In this document: positions 26,124 to 35,577 of the stretch, piece by piece
Position numbering within the stretch: position 1 is the stretch's first letter
Layout of the letters: every line of letters starts with the position of its first letter
Assembly (NCBI GenBank): GCA_038532355.1
Contig: JBCBAT010000016.1
Location: 9,159-73,158, forward strand
Length of the DNA stretch: 64,000 nucleotides
From: Pseudomonadota bacterium
GTDB taxonomy: Bacteria > Pseudomonadota > Alphaproteobacteria > Rhodobacterales > Rhodobacteraceae
Direction: 5' to 3'
The notes under the pieces: generated by a model
The model's database searches: none
What the model was told of the DNA's origin: nothing
The model's input: only the letters and a program-made list of their open reading frames with translations
Made by a program: the position numbers and the translations under genes

Positions 26124-26864
26124 TTAGCCGATGGTGCTGAACCACGGCATGTAATCCAGCATCCATTGCGCGATCACTGACATCGAATTGGTGGCAATCA
26201 GCACCCCGAAGACGATCAGCAAAAGCCCCATACCCTTTTCCACCGCCCCCAAATGGCGCCGAAACCGTGTCAGAAAGCGCATGAGGGGTCCGATCAGCAA
26301 GGCGGCCGCGATAAAGGGCAGTGTCATGCCCAGCCCATAGGAAAACAGCAGCAGCGCGCCTTCCTGCGCCGTGTCCTGCCCTGCGGCGGTGAACAGGATA
26401 GCCGCCAGTACGGGCCCCACGCAGGGTGTCCAGCCAAAGGCGAAGGCAAGCCCGATCACATAGGCCCCCACCACACCCACATTGGTGGTGTTGCTCGCGT
26501 CAGACCGGAATTGCCGGTAGAGGATGCCAATCCGCACAATCCCTAGAAAATGCATCCCCATGGCGATGATGATGCCGGCCGCCACCCAGCGCAGCACATC
26601 GAAATATTCCCTCACTAATCCGCCAAAGAGTGTGGCCGACGCGCCAAGCCCCACGAACACCGTGATCACGCCCAGCGCGAAAAAGCACGCCGCCCCAAAA
26701 GCGCGCGCCCGCACCGCGCCGCTGATCTCTGCCTCGGCAGAAATCTGGTTCGCGCCCACCCCGGCAAGGTAGGACAGGTAGAACGGCACGATGGGCAGAA
26801 TGCAGGGCGACAGGAACGACAAAAGCCCGGCAAAAGCCGCGCCCAAAATTGTGACATCAAACAT
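26124..26864 (-). CDS. soxV: CcdA-type membrane disulfide transporter SoxV
   Basis: SFLSPCILPIVP and AFGWTPCVGPVL cysteine motifs, six or more TM segments, upstream of soxX. Confidence 0.92.
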   Translation of the reverse strand: MFDVTILGAAFAGLLSFLSPCILPIVPFYLSYLAGVGANQISAEAEISGAVRARAFGAACFFALGVITVFVGLGASATLFGGLVREYFDVLRWVAAGIIIAMGMHFLGIVRIGILYRQFRSDASNTTNVGVVGAYVIGLAFAFGWTPCVGPVLAAILFTAAGQDTAQEGALLLFSYGLGMTLPFIAAALLIGPLMRFLTRFRRHLGAVEKGMGLLLIVFGVLIATNSMSVIAQWMLDYMPWFSTIG

Positions 26865-26901
26865 GCGGGGTCACCCTAAAATCCTGACCTTGCCTTGAGA
26901 T

Positions 26902-26917
26902 ATTCACATATTTGATT
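26902..26917. promoter_or_regulatory. ATTC-N8-GATT box in the divergent soxV/soxS promoter, candidate SoxR operator
   Basis: ATTC-ACATATTT-GATT, one mismatch, in the 96-bp divergent gap. Confidence 0.55.
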
Positions 26918-26960
26918 ATGATACCAGCACGACCCGCGTCAATCCAAGGCACTCACCCCG

Positions 26961-27323
26961 ATGTTCAAGCCCGTCGCCATTGCCGCCCTGCTTTCATGGC
27001 CCCTTATGGCCGTGGCAGAGCCGGTTCTGCTGATGGCGGAAGAGGATGGATGCTATTGGTGCGAAATCTGGGATGAAGAAATATCCCACATCTATCCCAA
27101 AACCGCAGAGGGGCGCACCGCCCCTCTCCGGCGGTATGACCTTCACCACGAAACCCCAGATGTCGAATTCCAAAGCCGCGTGCGCTTTACCCCCACCTTC
27201 ATCCTTGTAGAGGATGGGCGCGAACTGGCGCGGATCGAAGGCTATCCAGGCGAAGATTTCTTTTGGGCCATGCTTGCGCAGATGTTTGACCGCGCTGGCA
27301 TCGCCACAGATGCAGAGAGTTGA
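26961..27323 (+). CDS. soxS: Periplasmic thioredoxin-like protein SoxS
   Basis: Signal peptide, GCYWCEIW (CxxC), FTPTFIL cis-Pro loop, RIEGYPGEDFFW. Confidence 0.9.
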   Translation: MFKPVAIAALLSWPLMAVAEPVLLMAEEDGCYWCEIWDEEISHIYPKTAEGRTAPLRRYDLHHETPDVEFQSRVRFTPTFILVEDGRELARIEGYPGEDFFWAMLAQMFDRAGIATDAES

Positions 27324-27328
27324 CGACC

Positions 27329-27721
27329 ATGACCCTCCAGACATTTCCGACTGAGCCTGAGACCGCCCAGACGCCTGAACCCGCCTCCCGCCTGCCGGTG
27401 TTTGACAAGAACACCTGCCCCGAGGACATGGAGCGCATGATGGACAACGCACAGCGCGCGTCCAACTTCCTCAAGGCGATCAGCCATGAAGGGCGGTTGA
27501 TGATCCTGTGCCATCTGGCATCGGGCGAAAAATCGGTGACGGAGCTGGAAGAGCTTCTGTCAGCGCGGCAGGCGGCGGTGTCTCAGCAATTGTCGCGGCT
27601 GCGCCTGGAAGGGCTTGTGACGCCCCGGCGCGATGGCAAGGCGATTTACTATCGCTTGACAGATGACCGTCCGAAGCAAATCATGGAAGTGGTCTATGAC
27701 CTCTTTTGTCGTCAGGACTGA
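27329..27721 (+). CDS. soxR: ArsR/SmtB-family repressor SoxR (SqrR/BigR type)
   Basis: LKAISHEGRLMILCHL, VSQQLSRLR, IYYRL, C-terminal LFC. Start ATG 27329 or TTG 27320. Confidence 0.9.
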   Translation: MTLQTFPTEPETAQTPEPASRLPVFDKNTCPEDMERMMDNAQRASNFLKAISHEGRLMILCHLASGEKSVTELEELLSARQAAVSQQLSRLRLEGLVTPRRDGKAIYYRLTDDRPKQIMEVVYDLFCRQD

Positions 27722-27787
27722 CCAAGCGCGCACAACCAACACAAACATCACCCGCGTTTGGCCCGCATTTGATCGTGGGAGGAACAA

Positions 27788-28840
27788 ATGCTGGAAACGC
27801 TCTCAGAGGCGAATGTTGCCGCGCTCATCGGGTTGATGGGCGGGCTGGCCCTTGGGCTTGCGGCCCGGGTCGGGCGGTTTTGTACGCTGGGCGCCATTGA
27901 GGATGCGCTTTACGGGGCTGACACACGGCGGCTACGCATGTGGGCCATCGCCATTGGGGTGGCCATCATCGGCACGCATCTAGCGCAGGCCCTTGGCGGG
28001 TTCAACAGCGCAGACACGGCCTATCTGACGCGCACATGGAATCCGTGGGGCACCATCGTGGGCGGGCTGATGTTTGGCTATGGCATGGCGCTCAGCGGCA
28101 ATTGCGGCTACGGGGCGCTGGCCCGGCTGGGGGGCGGGGACCTGCGGTCATTCGTGATCGTGCTGGTGATGGGGCTGTCGGCCTATTTCGTGATGTCAGG
28201 CCCCTTGGCCCATGCCCGTGTCTGGCTCTTCCCGGTGGATATGAACGCCAGCGCGCCGCAGGGCTTTGCGCATCTTTTCAGCGATATTGGCCTGTCGCCG
28301 CTGACAACAGGGCTTGCGGCGGGTATCGCGCTGTGCGCGGTGGCGCTGGCCCGCGCGGATATGCGCCCCTCTGCGTCGCAACTCTTCTGGGCCGCTGTCG
28401 TGGGTGCCGTCATCGTGTCTGGCTGGGCGGGCACCTATTGGATCGCCACCACGGGGTTTGCGCCGGAACCCATTGAAACCCACACCTTTGCCGCCCCGAT
28501 CGGGGACACGATTTTCTACACAATGACGGCATCGGGCAATGATCTGTCCTTTTCCGTGGGCTCCGTTTTGGGCGTGGTGATGGGCGCAGCCCTTGGCAGC
28601 TATTCCAAAGGCCATTTCCGGTGGGAAGCCTGCGAAGACCCCCGCGAACTGAAGCGCCAATTGCTGGGGGCGGTCATCATGGGGCCGGGCGCGATCCTGG
28701 CGGTGGGCTGCAGCGTGGGTCAGGGGATATCGGCCTTTTCCGTGCTGGCCTATAGCGCGCCGGTGGCCTTTCTTGCGATTTTTGCCGGCGCGGCCCTGGG
28801 CCTGCGCCAGTTGATCACGGGGTTTGCCCCGGCGGAGTGA
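27788..28840 (+). CDS. soxT: YeeE/YedE-family sulfur-compound transporter (SoxT)
   Basis: RFCTLGAI, GNCGYGALARLGGGD, GCSVGQG; highly hydrophobic; GGAGG RBS. Confidence 0.85.
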   Translation: MLETLSEANVAALIGLMGGLALGLAARVGRFCTLGAIEDALYGADTRRLRMWAIAIGVAIIGTHLAQALGGFNSADTAYLTRTWNPWGTIVGGLMFGYGMALSGNCGYGALARLGGGDLRSFVIVLVMGLSAYFVMSGPLAHARVWLFPVDMNASAPQGFAHLFSDIGLSPLTTGLAAGIALCAVALARADMRPSASQLFWAAVVGAVIVSGWAGTYWIATTGFAPEPIETHTFAAPIGDTIFYTMTASGNDLSFSVGSVLGVVMGAALGSYSKGHFRWEACEDPRELKRQLLGAVIMGPGAILAVGCSVGQGISAFSVLAYSAPVAFLAIFAGAALGLRQLITGFAPAE

Positions 28841-28845
28841 GAGCC

Positions 28846-29337
28846 TCAAGCCTCAACCACAGACACGCCCTGCGCGCGCAACGCATTCGCGTAGGGCCCC
28901 GGGTCCAGCGCCACGACCTCTTGTCCCAACCAGTACATCTTCGCCGCGGCCAGTTCCGCCCCGATCAAATGCCCGCTCAGCACGGCTGCATCGCCCGCCA
29001 CTTGCGCCGCGCGCAGCCCGGCAGCCATCCGTTCCGGACGCGAGAGCGTATCAGACAGCGCCGCCATATCCGGGGTCGCCGACCCGCCCAGATCGGCCAG
29101 CAAAGCGGGCGTCAAAAACCCCATCATGCTGATCGCCTCCCCCGCGCTGACATGCACCCAGTGATGCACGCGGGCGTCGCCCAAAATGACAACCCCGTCC
29201 CAGTTGGGCCGCACACGAATATACTCCGCCACGCGCGCCCGCAAAGCGGCAGGCAATCGCGCGGGCGGGTAATCCTGCACCAGATCAGCAGGTGCCCCAT
29301 CCGCCGCCACAGGGCATGGCAGCTTGTCGCCCGCCAT
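28846..29337 (-). CDS. Short 2-keto-3-deoxygalactonate kinase (DgoK)-like protein, possibly N-terminally truncated
   Basis: WDGVVIL..HHWVHVSAGE..FLTP, LSRPER, GHLIGAELAAAKMYWLGQ resemble the DgoK C-terminal region; only 163 aa. Confidence 0.6.
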   Translation of the reverse strand: MAGDKLPCPVAADGAPADLVQDYPPARLPAALRARVAEYIRVRPNWDGVVILGDARVHHWVHVSAGEAISMMGFLTPALLADLGGSATPDMAALSDTLSRPERMAAGLRAAQVAGDAAVLSGHLIGAELAAAKMYWLGQEVVALDPGPYANALRAQGVSVVEA

Positions 29338-29339
29338 GG

Positions 29340-29756
29340 TCAGCTTTGGCTCATCTGCATGATCAGGCCGCGCACGTCATAGCCTGCCTTGGCTGCGCAA
29401 TCGATGATCTCTGCGTCATCCATGCGTCCGTGCTGGGTAAAGGCCCACAGCATGGTGCACCGTGTGCCCGACCGGCAATAGGCCAGCATCGGGCGCGGCA
29501 TTTCCTTGAGCGCGCGGTCAAACGCCTCAAGCTCCTTGGGCCCCATCGCGCCCCCCACGACGGGGATCCACGCGACCTCCAGCCCCTCTCGCCGCGCGGC
29601 CTCTGCGATGGCCGCGTGATCGGTCTGGCCCGGGTCTTCGCCATCGGGGCGGTTGCACATGATGGATTTGAACCCCGCGCCTGCAATCTCGCGCATATGG
29701 GCCACATCAACCTGGGGGGAGACGGAATAATCATCGGTGATCTTGCGGATTTCCAT
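29340..29756 (-). CDS. TIGR01244/Blh-type sulfurtransferase (DUF442, phosphatase fold)
   Basis: SVSPQV, IMCNRPDGEDPGQ, LAYCRSGTRC; start ATG 29756. Confidence 0.88.
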   Translation of the reverse strand: MEIRKITDDYSVSPQVDVAHMREIAGAGFKSIMCNRPDGEDPGQTDHAAIAEAARREGLEVAWIPVVGGAMGPKELEAFDRALKEMPRPMLAYCRSGTRCTMLWAFTQHGRMDDAEIIDCAAKAGYDVRGLIMQMSQS

Positions 29757-29890
29757 GGCAGGGTCCTTTGCGTGGTTGCGGTGATTAAGACCCATTCGCG
29801 GGCAGAGATCAATCAACCCGCTGCGCGTTGACAATCCTGCGCGCCTCCGGTCCTGATGCCTCTGACCATTTGCAAAGAGGCGGGGCAGCC

Positions 29891-32800
29891 ATGTGGGAAT
29901 TCTGGATCGACCGGGGCGGCACCTTTACCGATATCGTGGCGATGGACCCTGGCGGCGCGGTGCACACCCATAAGCTGCTGTCGGAAAACCCGGATCGCTA
30001 CGCGGATGCCGCCGTTCAGGGCATTCGGGAGGTGATGGGCGTGACGGGTGAGTTCCCGGCAGGGTCCATCCGCGCGGTCAAGATGGGCACGACGGTCGCC
30101 ACCAACGCGCTTCTGGAACGCAAGGGCGAACTGGTGCTTCTGGTCATCACCTCGGGCTTTCGTGACCTGCTGAAAATCGGCTACCAGACCCGGCCACGGC
30201 TTTTCGATCTGGAGATCAAACGCCCCGATCTCCTCTACGAACGCGTGGTCGAAATGGAGGAACGTCTGGACGCCGATGGCGCGGTCCTGACCCCGCTCGA
30301 TGAAGCTGCTATCCGAACCCAACTTGAGACCGCGCACAAAGACGGCATCCGCGCCATCGCCATCGCGGGGCTGCACGCCTATCTCAACCCCGCCCATGAG
30401 GATCGCGTCGCAGAGATCGCCCGCGAGATCGGCTTCACGCAGATCTCCACCTCGGCCTCCGTCTCTCGCCTCGCCAAACTGGTCGGTCGCGGCGACACGA
30501 CCGTCGTCGATGCCTACCTCTCCCCCATCTTGCGCCGCTACGTGGAACAAGTGGCGGGCGCGCTCGATCTGGGCCGGGCCTGTGAGCAACTGCTGTTCAT
30601 GCAATCGAATGGCGGCCTGACCGAGGCCAGCGCCTTCCAGGGCAAGGACGCCATCCTGTCCGGCCCCGCAGGCGGCATCGTCGGCATGGCAGCCACGGGC
30701 GAAGAGGCGGGCTTTGACAAGCTCATCGGCTTCGACATGGGCGGCACCTCCACGGATGTGAGCCACTATGCAGGCGAGTACGAACGCAGCTTTGAAACCG
30801 AAGTGGCCGGCGTGCGGATGCGCGCGCCGATGATGGACATCCACACCGTCGCGGCGGGCGGTGGATCGATCTGCAAATTCGAAGATGGGCGATTCCAGGT
30901 CGGTCCCGAAAGCGCGGGCGCGGATCCCGGGCCCGCCTGCTATCGCCGGGGTGGGCCGCTCGCCGTGACCGATTGCAACGTCATGCTGGGCAAACTCAAC
31001 CCTGATCACTTCCCGCCCGTGTTCGGCCCGGATGGCGATGAACCGCTGGACGCCGATATCGTCCGCGAAAAGTTCACCGCACTGAGCGAGACTGTCGCGA
31101 AGTCGACGGACGAGCGGCCCCGCTCGCCTGAGGAAATGGCCGAAGGCTTCCTGCGCATCGCCGTCGACAACATGGCCAACGCGATCAAGAAAATCTCCGT
31201 CCAGCGCGGCCATGACGTGACGCGCTACACGCTGCAATGCTTTGGCGGCGCGGGCGGTCAGCATGCCTGTCTTGTGGCGGACGCTTTGGGCATGACGCGG
31301 GTTCTCGTGCATCCCTACGCAGGCGTATTGTCCGCCTACGGCATGGGGCTCGCCTCCATTTCCGCCATGCGTGAGGCGCAGTTTGATGCGCCCTTGTCCG
31401 ATCTGCCCTCTGCCCAATCGCGCCTTGCCGATCTGGCATCTGAGGCCCGCGCCGAGGTTGAGGCTCAAGGCGGACAGGATGTGGAAGAAACCCTCTCCCT
31501 CCATCTGCGCTATGACGGCTCACAACAAACGCTCAAGACCGCCGCCACCTCCATCGAAGAGGCCACGCAAGAATTCGAAGACCGACACCGCGCCCGCTTC
31601 GGCTTTACCTCCCCCGACCGCGATATCCTGATCGACATGATCAGCGTAGAGGTCGCCGGTGCCAGCGGTGTTGAGGCCCGCGCGCAAATGACCACCGGCG
31701 ACGGTGCGCCCCAGGCCCAAGTGCCCCTCTACACCGACGGCACATGGCGAGATGTGCCCATTCATGACCGCGCCACGCTCGACCCCGCGACCCCCGTCAA
31801 AGGCCCCGCCATCATCACAGAACCCACCGGCACCAACATGATCGAACCCGGCTGGGCCGCGCGGGTGGACGCCCATGGCAATCTCGTCCTTGACCGCGTC
31901 GAAGCCGCCCCCCGCACGGCGGCGGCTGGCACGCAAGCCGACCCCGTGCTGCTGGAGGTGTTCAACAACCTCTTCATGTCAGTCGCCGATCAGATGGGCC
32001 TGACGCTGGAGAACACGTCTCATTCCGTGAACATCAAGGAACGGCTCGATTTCTCCTGCGCGATCTTTGACGCGGCGGGCGATCTGGTCGCCAACGCCCC
32101 CCATGTGCCGGTGCATCTGGGATCGATGTCCGACAGCATCAAAACCGTGATGCGCCTCAACCCTGACGCGGTCGAGGGCGACGCCTTTGTGCTCAATTCC
32201 CCCTATAACGGCGGCACCCACCTGCCCGATGTCACCGTGGTCACGCCTGTCTTCGTGGAAGGGAAAGCCGCCTTCTGGCTCGGCTCCCGCGGTCATCACG
32301 CCGATATCGGTGGCCGCACCCCCGGCTCCGCCCCGCCCGACAGCCGCCATATCGAAGAAGAGGGCGTGCTGATCGACAATGTGAAGCTGGTCGAGGGCGG
32401 CGTGCTGTTAGAAGACGCCGCGCGCACGCTGCTCGCCTCAGGCCGCTACCCCTGCCGCAACATCGACCACAACATGGCCGACCTGAAGGCGCAGATCGCC
32501 GCCAATGAAACGGGTCGGCAGGAACTGCTGAAAGTGGTGGACACCTTCGGGCTGGACGTGGTGCAGGCTTATATGGGCCATGTGCAAGACAACGCTGAAG
32601 AGAGCGTGCGCCGCGTGATCGACCGTCTGCGCGATGGGCGGTTCAGCTATCCCATGGACAGCGGTCTGCAAATCGAAGTGGCGGTCAGCGTCGACCGCGA
32701 CGCCCGCACCGCAACCGTCGATTTCACCGGCACCTCACCGCAGCATTCGGGCAATTACAACGCGCCCAAATCCATCGCGAGCGCCGTGGTGCTCTATGTC

Positions 32801-33457
32801 TTCCGCACCATGGTCGGCTCGGACATCCCGTTGAACCAAGGCTGCCTGAAGCCATTGGAGATCGTGGTACCCGAAGGCTCCATGCTGAACCCCGCCTACC
32901 CGGCGGCGGTGATTTCTGGCAACACGGAAGTCAGCCAAGCCGCCTGCAACGCGCTCTATGGCGCTTTGGGCGTGATGGCGGGATCGCAGGCCACGATGAA
33001 CAATTTCGTCTGGGGCAATGACACCTTCCAGAACTACGAAACCATCGCCGGCGGCACCGGCGCAGGCCCGGGGTTCCAGGGTTGCGACGCGGTGCAAAGC
33101 CACATGACCAACACTCGCATGACCGATCCCGAGATCCTCGAAACCCGCTTCCCCGTGCGGCTGGAAACCTTCTCCATCCGCGACGGCTCCGGCGGCGCGG
33201 GCAAATGGCGCGGGGGCCACGGCCTGACCCGGCGGCTGCGCTTTCTGGATGATGTCACCGTGACTGTCCTGACAGGCCACCGCGTGATCCCCCCCTTCGG
33301 CGGCAACGGCGGCGCACCCGGTCAGGTGGGCCGCAACTGGGCCGAACTGCCGGGTGGGGAGATCCGAGAGATGGCCAGCAACGACGAAATTGACATGCCC
33401 GCAGGGGCGGTGTTCGGCATGGACACGCCCGGCGGGGGCGGTTGGTCAAAACCCTGA
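29891..33457 (+). CDS. ATP-dependent 5-oxoprolinase (fused hydantoinase A/B)
   Basis: WIDRGGTFTD, GTTVATNALLERKG, FDMGGTSTD, SVNIKERLDFSCA, GSQATMNN, MTNTRMTDPE, TPGGGGW; start ATG 29891. Confidence 0.93.
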   Translation: MWEFWIDRGGTFTDIVAMDPGGAVHTHKLLSENPDRYADAAVQGIREVMGVTGEFPAGSIRAVKMGTTVATNALLERKGELVLLVITSGFRDLLKIGYQTRPRLFDLEIKRPDLLYERVVEMEERLDADGAVLTPLDEAAIRTQLETAHKDGIRAIAIAGLHAYLNPAHEDRVAEIAREIGFTQISTSASVSRLAKLVGRGDTTVVDAYLSPILRRYVEQVAGALDLGRACEQLLFMQSNGGLTEASAFQGKDAILSGPAGGIVGMAATGEEAGFDKLIGFDMGGTSTDVSHYAGEYERSFETEVAGVRMRAPMMDIHTVAAGGGSICKFEDGRFQVGPESAGADPGPACYRRGGPLAVTDCNVMLGKLNPDHFPPVFGPDGDEPLDADIVREKFTALSETVAKSTDERPRSPEEMAEGFLRIAVDNMANAIKKISVQRGHDVTRYTLQCFGGAGGQHACLVADALGMTRVLVHPYAGVLSAYGMGLASISAMREAQFDAPLSDLPSAQSRLADLASEARAEVEAQGGQDVEETLSLHLRYDGSQQTLKTAATSIEEATQEFEDRHRARFGFTSPDRDILIDMISVEVAGASGVEARAQMTTGDGAPQAQVPLYTDGTWRDVPIHDRATLDPATPVKGPAIITEPTGTNMIEPGWAARVDAHGNLVLDRVEAAPRTAAAGTQADPVLLEVFNNLFMSVADQMGLTLENTSHSVNIKERLDFSCAIFDAAGDLVANAPHVPVHLGSMSDSIKTVMRLNPDAVEGDAFVLNSPYNGGTHLPDVTVVTPVFVEGKAAFWLGSRGHHADIGGRTPGSAPPDSRHIEEEGVLIDNVKLVEGGVLLEDAARTLLASGRYPCRNIDHNMADLKAQIAANETGRQELLKVVDTFGLDVVQAYMGHVQDNAEESVRRVIDRLRDGRFSYPMDSGLQIEVAVSVDRDARTATVDFTGTSPQHSGNYNAPKSIASAVVLYVFRTMVGSDIPLNQGCLKPLEIVVPEGSMLNPAYPAAVISGNTEVSQAACNALYGALGVMAGSQATMNNFVWGNDTFQNYETIAGGTGAGPGFQGCDAVQSHMTNTRMTDPEILETRFPVRLETFSIRDGSGGAGKWRGGHGLTRRLRFLDDVTVTVLTGHRVIPPFGGNGGAPGQVGRNWAELPGGEIREMASNDEIDMPAGAVFGMDTPGGGGWSKP

Positions 33458-33538
33458 TCAGGGCTGCGTGCAAAGCTGGGGCTATACATCCGGTGAAAAG
33501 CCCACTATTGCCGGGCCTTTCCCATCAGGTGGTATCCC

Positions 33539-35572
33539 ATGCAAGACGTTCCCGGCCTGCCCACGACAGTGTCACAGGCTTTGGCCCAAAAGGGCTATGA
33601 CACGCTGACCCCCGTTCAGGTGACGGTGTCGGACCCCGCGCTGGCCCAAAGCGATTTGCTGGTGTCCGCCCAAACCGGATCCGGCAAGACCGTGGGCTTT
33701 GGTCTGGCCATTGCCGGTGATCTTCTGGATGCCGATGGCCGCTTCGGGCGCGCCGCCGCCCCCACCGCGCTGGTGATTGCGCCCACCCGGGAACTGGCCC
33801 TTCAGGTGCGGCGCGAATTCGATTGGCTTTTTGCAGAGGCCGGCATCGTGACCGCCTCCGCCGTGGGCGGCATGGACGCCCGGTCCGAGCGCCGCGCGAT
33901 TGAGAAAGGCGCCCATGTGATCGTGGCCACGCCCGGACGCCTGCGTGATCACATCGCGCGCGGGGTGGTCGACCTTGCCGATCTGCGGGCCGTGGTGCTG
34001 GATGAAGCCGATGAAATGCTGGATATGGGGTTTTCCGAGGATCTGGAATACATCCTCGACCAGACCCCGCCGACCCGCCGCACCCTGCTCTTTTCCGCGA
34101 CCGTGCCCAAGGGCATCGCCAAGCTGGCGCAGACCTATCAGAAAGACGACACGCAGCGCATCGACGTGGGCAGCAAAGAAGCACAGCACGCCGATATCGC
34201 CTATCACGCCCTGACGGTTGCGCCCTCTGACATTGAAAAAGCCATCATCAATCTGCTGCGCTTTCACGATGCGCAAACCGCGATTGTCTTTGCCAACACC
34301 CGGTCGATGGTGGCCCGGCTGACGGCGAAACTGTCGAACCGGGGGTTTTCGGTCGTGTCGCTCTCGGGTGAGCTCAGCCAGACGGAACGCAACCACGCGC
34401 TGCAAGCCCTGCGCGACAGGCGCGCGCGGGTTTGCGTGGCCACCGATGTGGCCGCGCGCGGCATTGATTTGCCGGGGCTGGAACTGGTGATCCATGCTGA
34501 TCTGCCCTCCAACGGCGAGGCGCTTTTGCATCGCTCAGGCCGCACCGGGCGGGCCGGGCGCAAGGGGACATCCGTTCTCATCGTGCCGGGGCGGCAACGC
34601 GGCAAGGCGCAGCGCCTGCTCAAAGCCGCCAAGCTGGAGGCCGAATGGGGCACGCCGCCTTCCGCCGAAGAGGTGCTGGCCCGTGACGAAGACCGCGTTC
34701 TGTCTGATCCGGCGTGGAACGAACCGCTGAGTGCCGAAGATCAGGGCTTTGCTGACAAATTGCTGCAAACCCGCAGCGCGGACCAGATCGTGGCGGGCTT
34801 TATCCGCCTCTACCGCGAACGCCACTCCGCGCCTGAAATTTTGGGCAGCGTGCCCGACAGCGACACCCGCAAACCGCGAGAGCCGCGCGAACACGCCGAT
34901 TTCGGTCCCAGCGTCTGGTTTTCCCTGTCGCTGGGCCGCAAACAGCGCGCCGAACCGCGTTGGCTTTTGCCGATGCTCTGCCGCAATGCCGGGATTTCGA
35001 AAAACGCCATCGGGGTGATCCGCGTGCAATATCAGGAAACCTTCGTCGAAATTTCCGCCAAGGCGGTGCCCGCGATGAAACAGGAACTGGGCCCGGAGAT
35101 GGACATCGAACAGGGCGCAAGGCTGACGGAATTGCCGGGCAAACCGGATTTCGACACGTCCCCCAAAGGGCCACCTGCCGATCGCGACCGGTCGGATCGG
35201 TCTGACAAATCGCGCACAGATAAACCCCGCACAGACAAACGCGCAAAAGATGCGCGCGCGCCCAAGTCCAAAGATCACAAGAAGGATCACAAGCCAAAGC
35301 ACCGCGACGCGCCGAAACCAGAGGCCGCGGCATCCAAACCGCCCAAAAGCCCGGACAAAACACGCAAACCCAAACCGCAGCCCAAAGCGGAAAAACCGGT
35401 CGAAAAGCGCCCTCAGCGCATCAAGGACGCCGCCGATCCGTCAAAGCCCATCGGCGCCCGCAAAGCACGGCACAAATCCGCCAAACCCGGTCAGGGCCCT
35501 ACGCGGTTCAAACCCCGCGTGGCAAAGGGTGGCGATGCCAAACCCTTCCGAAAGCCCAAACACAAATCCTGA
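33539..35572 (+). CDS. DEAD-box RNA helicase (DeaD/CsdA-like) with DbpA domain and basic tail
   Basis: AQTGSGKT, APTRELA, LDEADEM, SAT, ATDVAARGID, HRSGRTGRAG; DbpA-like domain; about 130-aa K/P/R-rich C-terminus. Confidence 0.93.
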   Translation: MQDVPGLPTTVSQALAQKGYDTLTPVQVTVSDPALAQSDLLVSAQTGSGKTVGFGLAIAGDLLDADGRFGRAAAPTALVIAPTRELALQVRREFDWLFAEAGIVTASAVGGMDARSERRAIEKGAHVIVATPGRLRDHIARGVVDLADLRAVVLDEADEMLDMGFSEDLEYILDQTPPTRRTLLFSATVPKGIAKLAQTYQKDDTQRIDVGSKEAQHADIAYHALTVAPSDIEKAIINLLRFHDAQTAIVFANTRSMVARLTAKLSNRGFSVVSLSGELSQTERNHALQALRDRRARVCVATDVAARGIDLPGLELVIHADLPSNGEALLHRSGRTGRAGRKGTSVLIVPGRQRGKAQRLLKAAKLEAEWGTPPSAEEVLARDEDRVLSDPAWNEPLSAEDQGFADKLLQTRSADQIVAGFIRLYRERHSAPEILGSVPDSDTRKPREPREHADFGPSVWFSLSLGRKQRAEPRWLLPMLCRNAGISKNAIGVIRVQYQETFVEISAKAVPAMKQELGPEMDIEQGARLTELPGKPDFDTSPKGPPADRDRSDRSDKSRTDKPRTDKRAKDARAPKSKDHKKDHKPKHRDAPKPEAAASKPPKSPDKTRKPKPQPKAEKPVEKRPQRIKDAADPSKPIGARKARHKSAKPGQGPTRFKPRVAKGGDAKPFRKPKHKS

Positions 35573-35577
35573 CGCCG

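Noticed and set aside
25932-26180. Short ORFs in the soxV-soxX gap as a soxW remnant
   Set aside because: No thioredoxin motif; they run through the REP palindrome and AT-rich promoter DNA.
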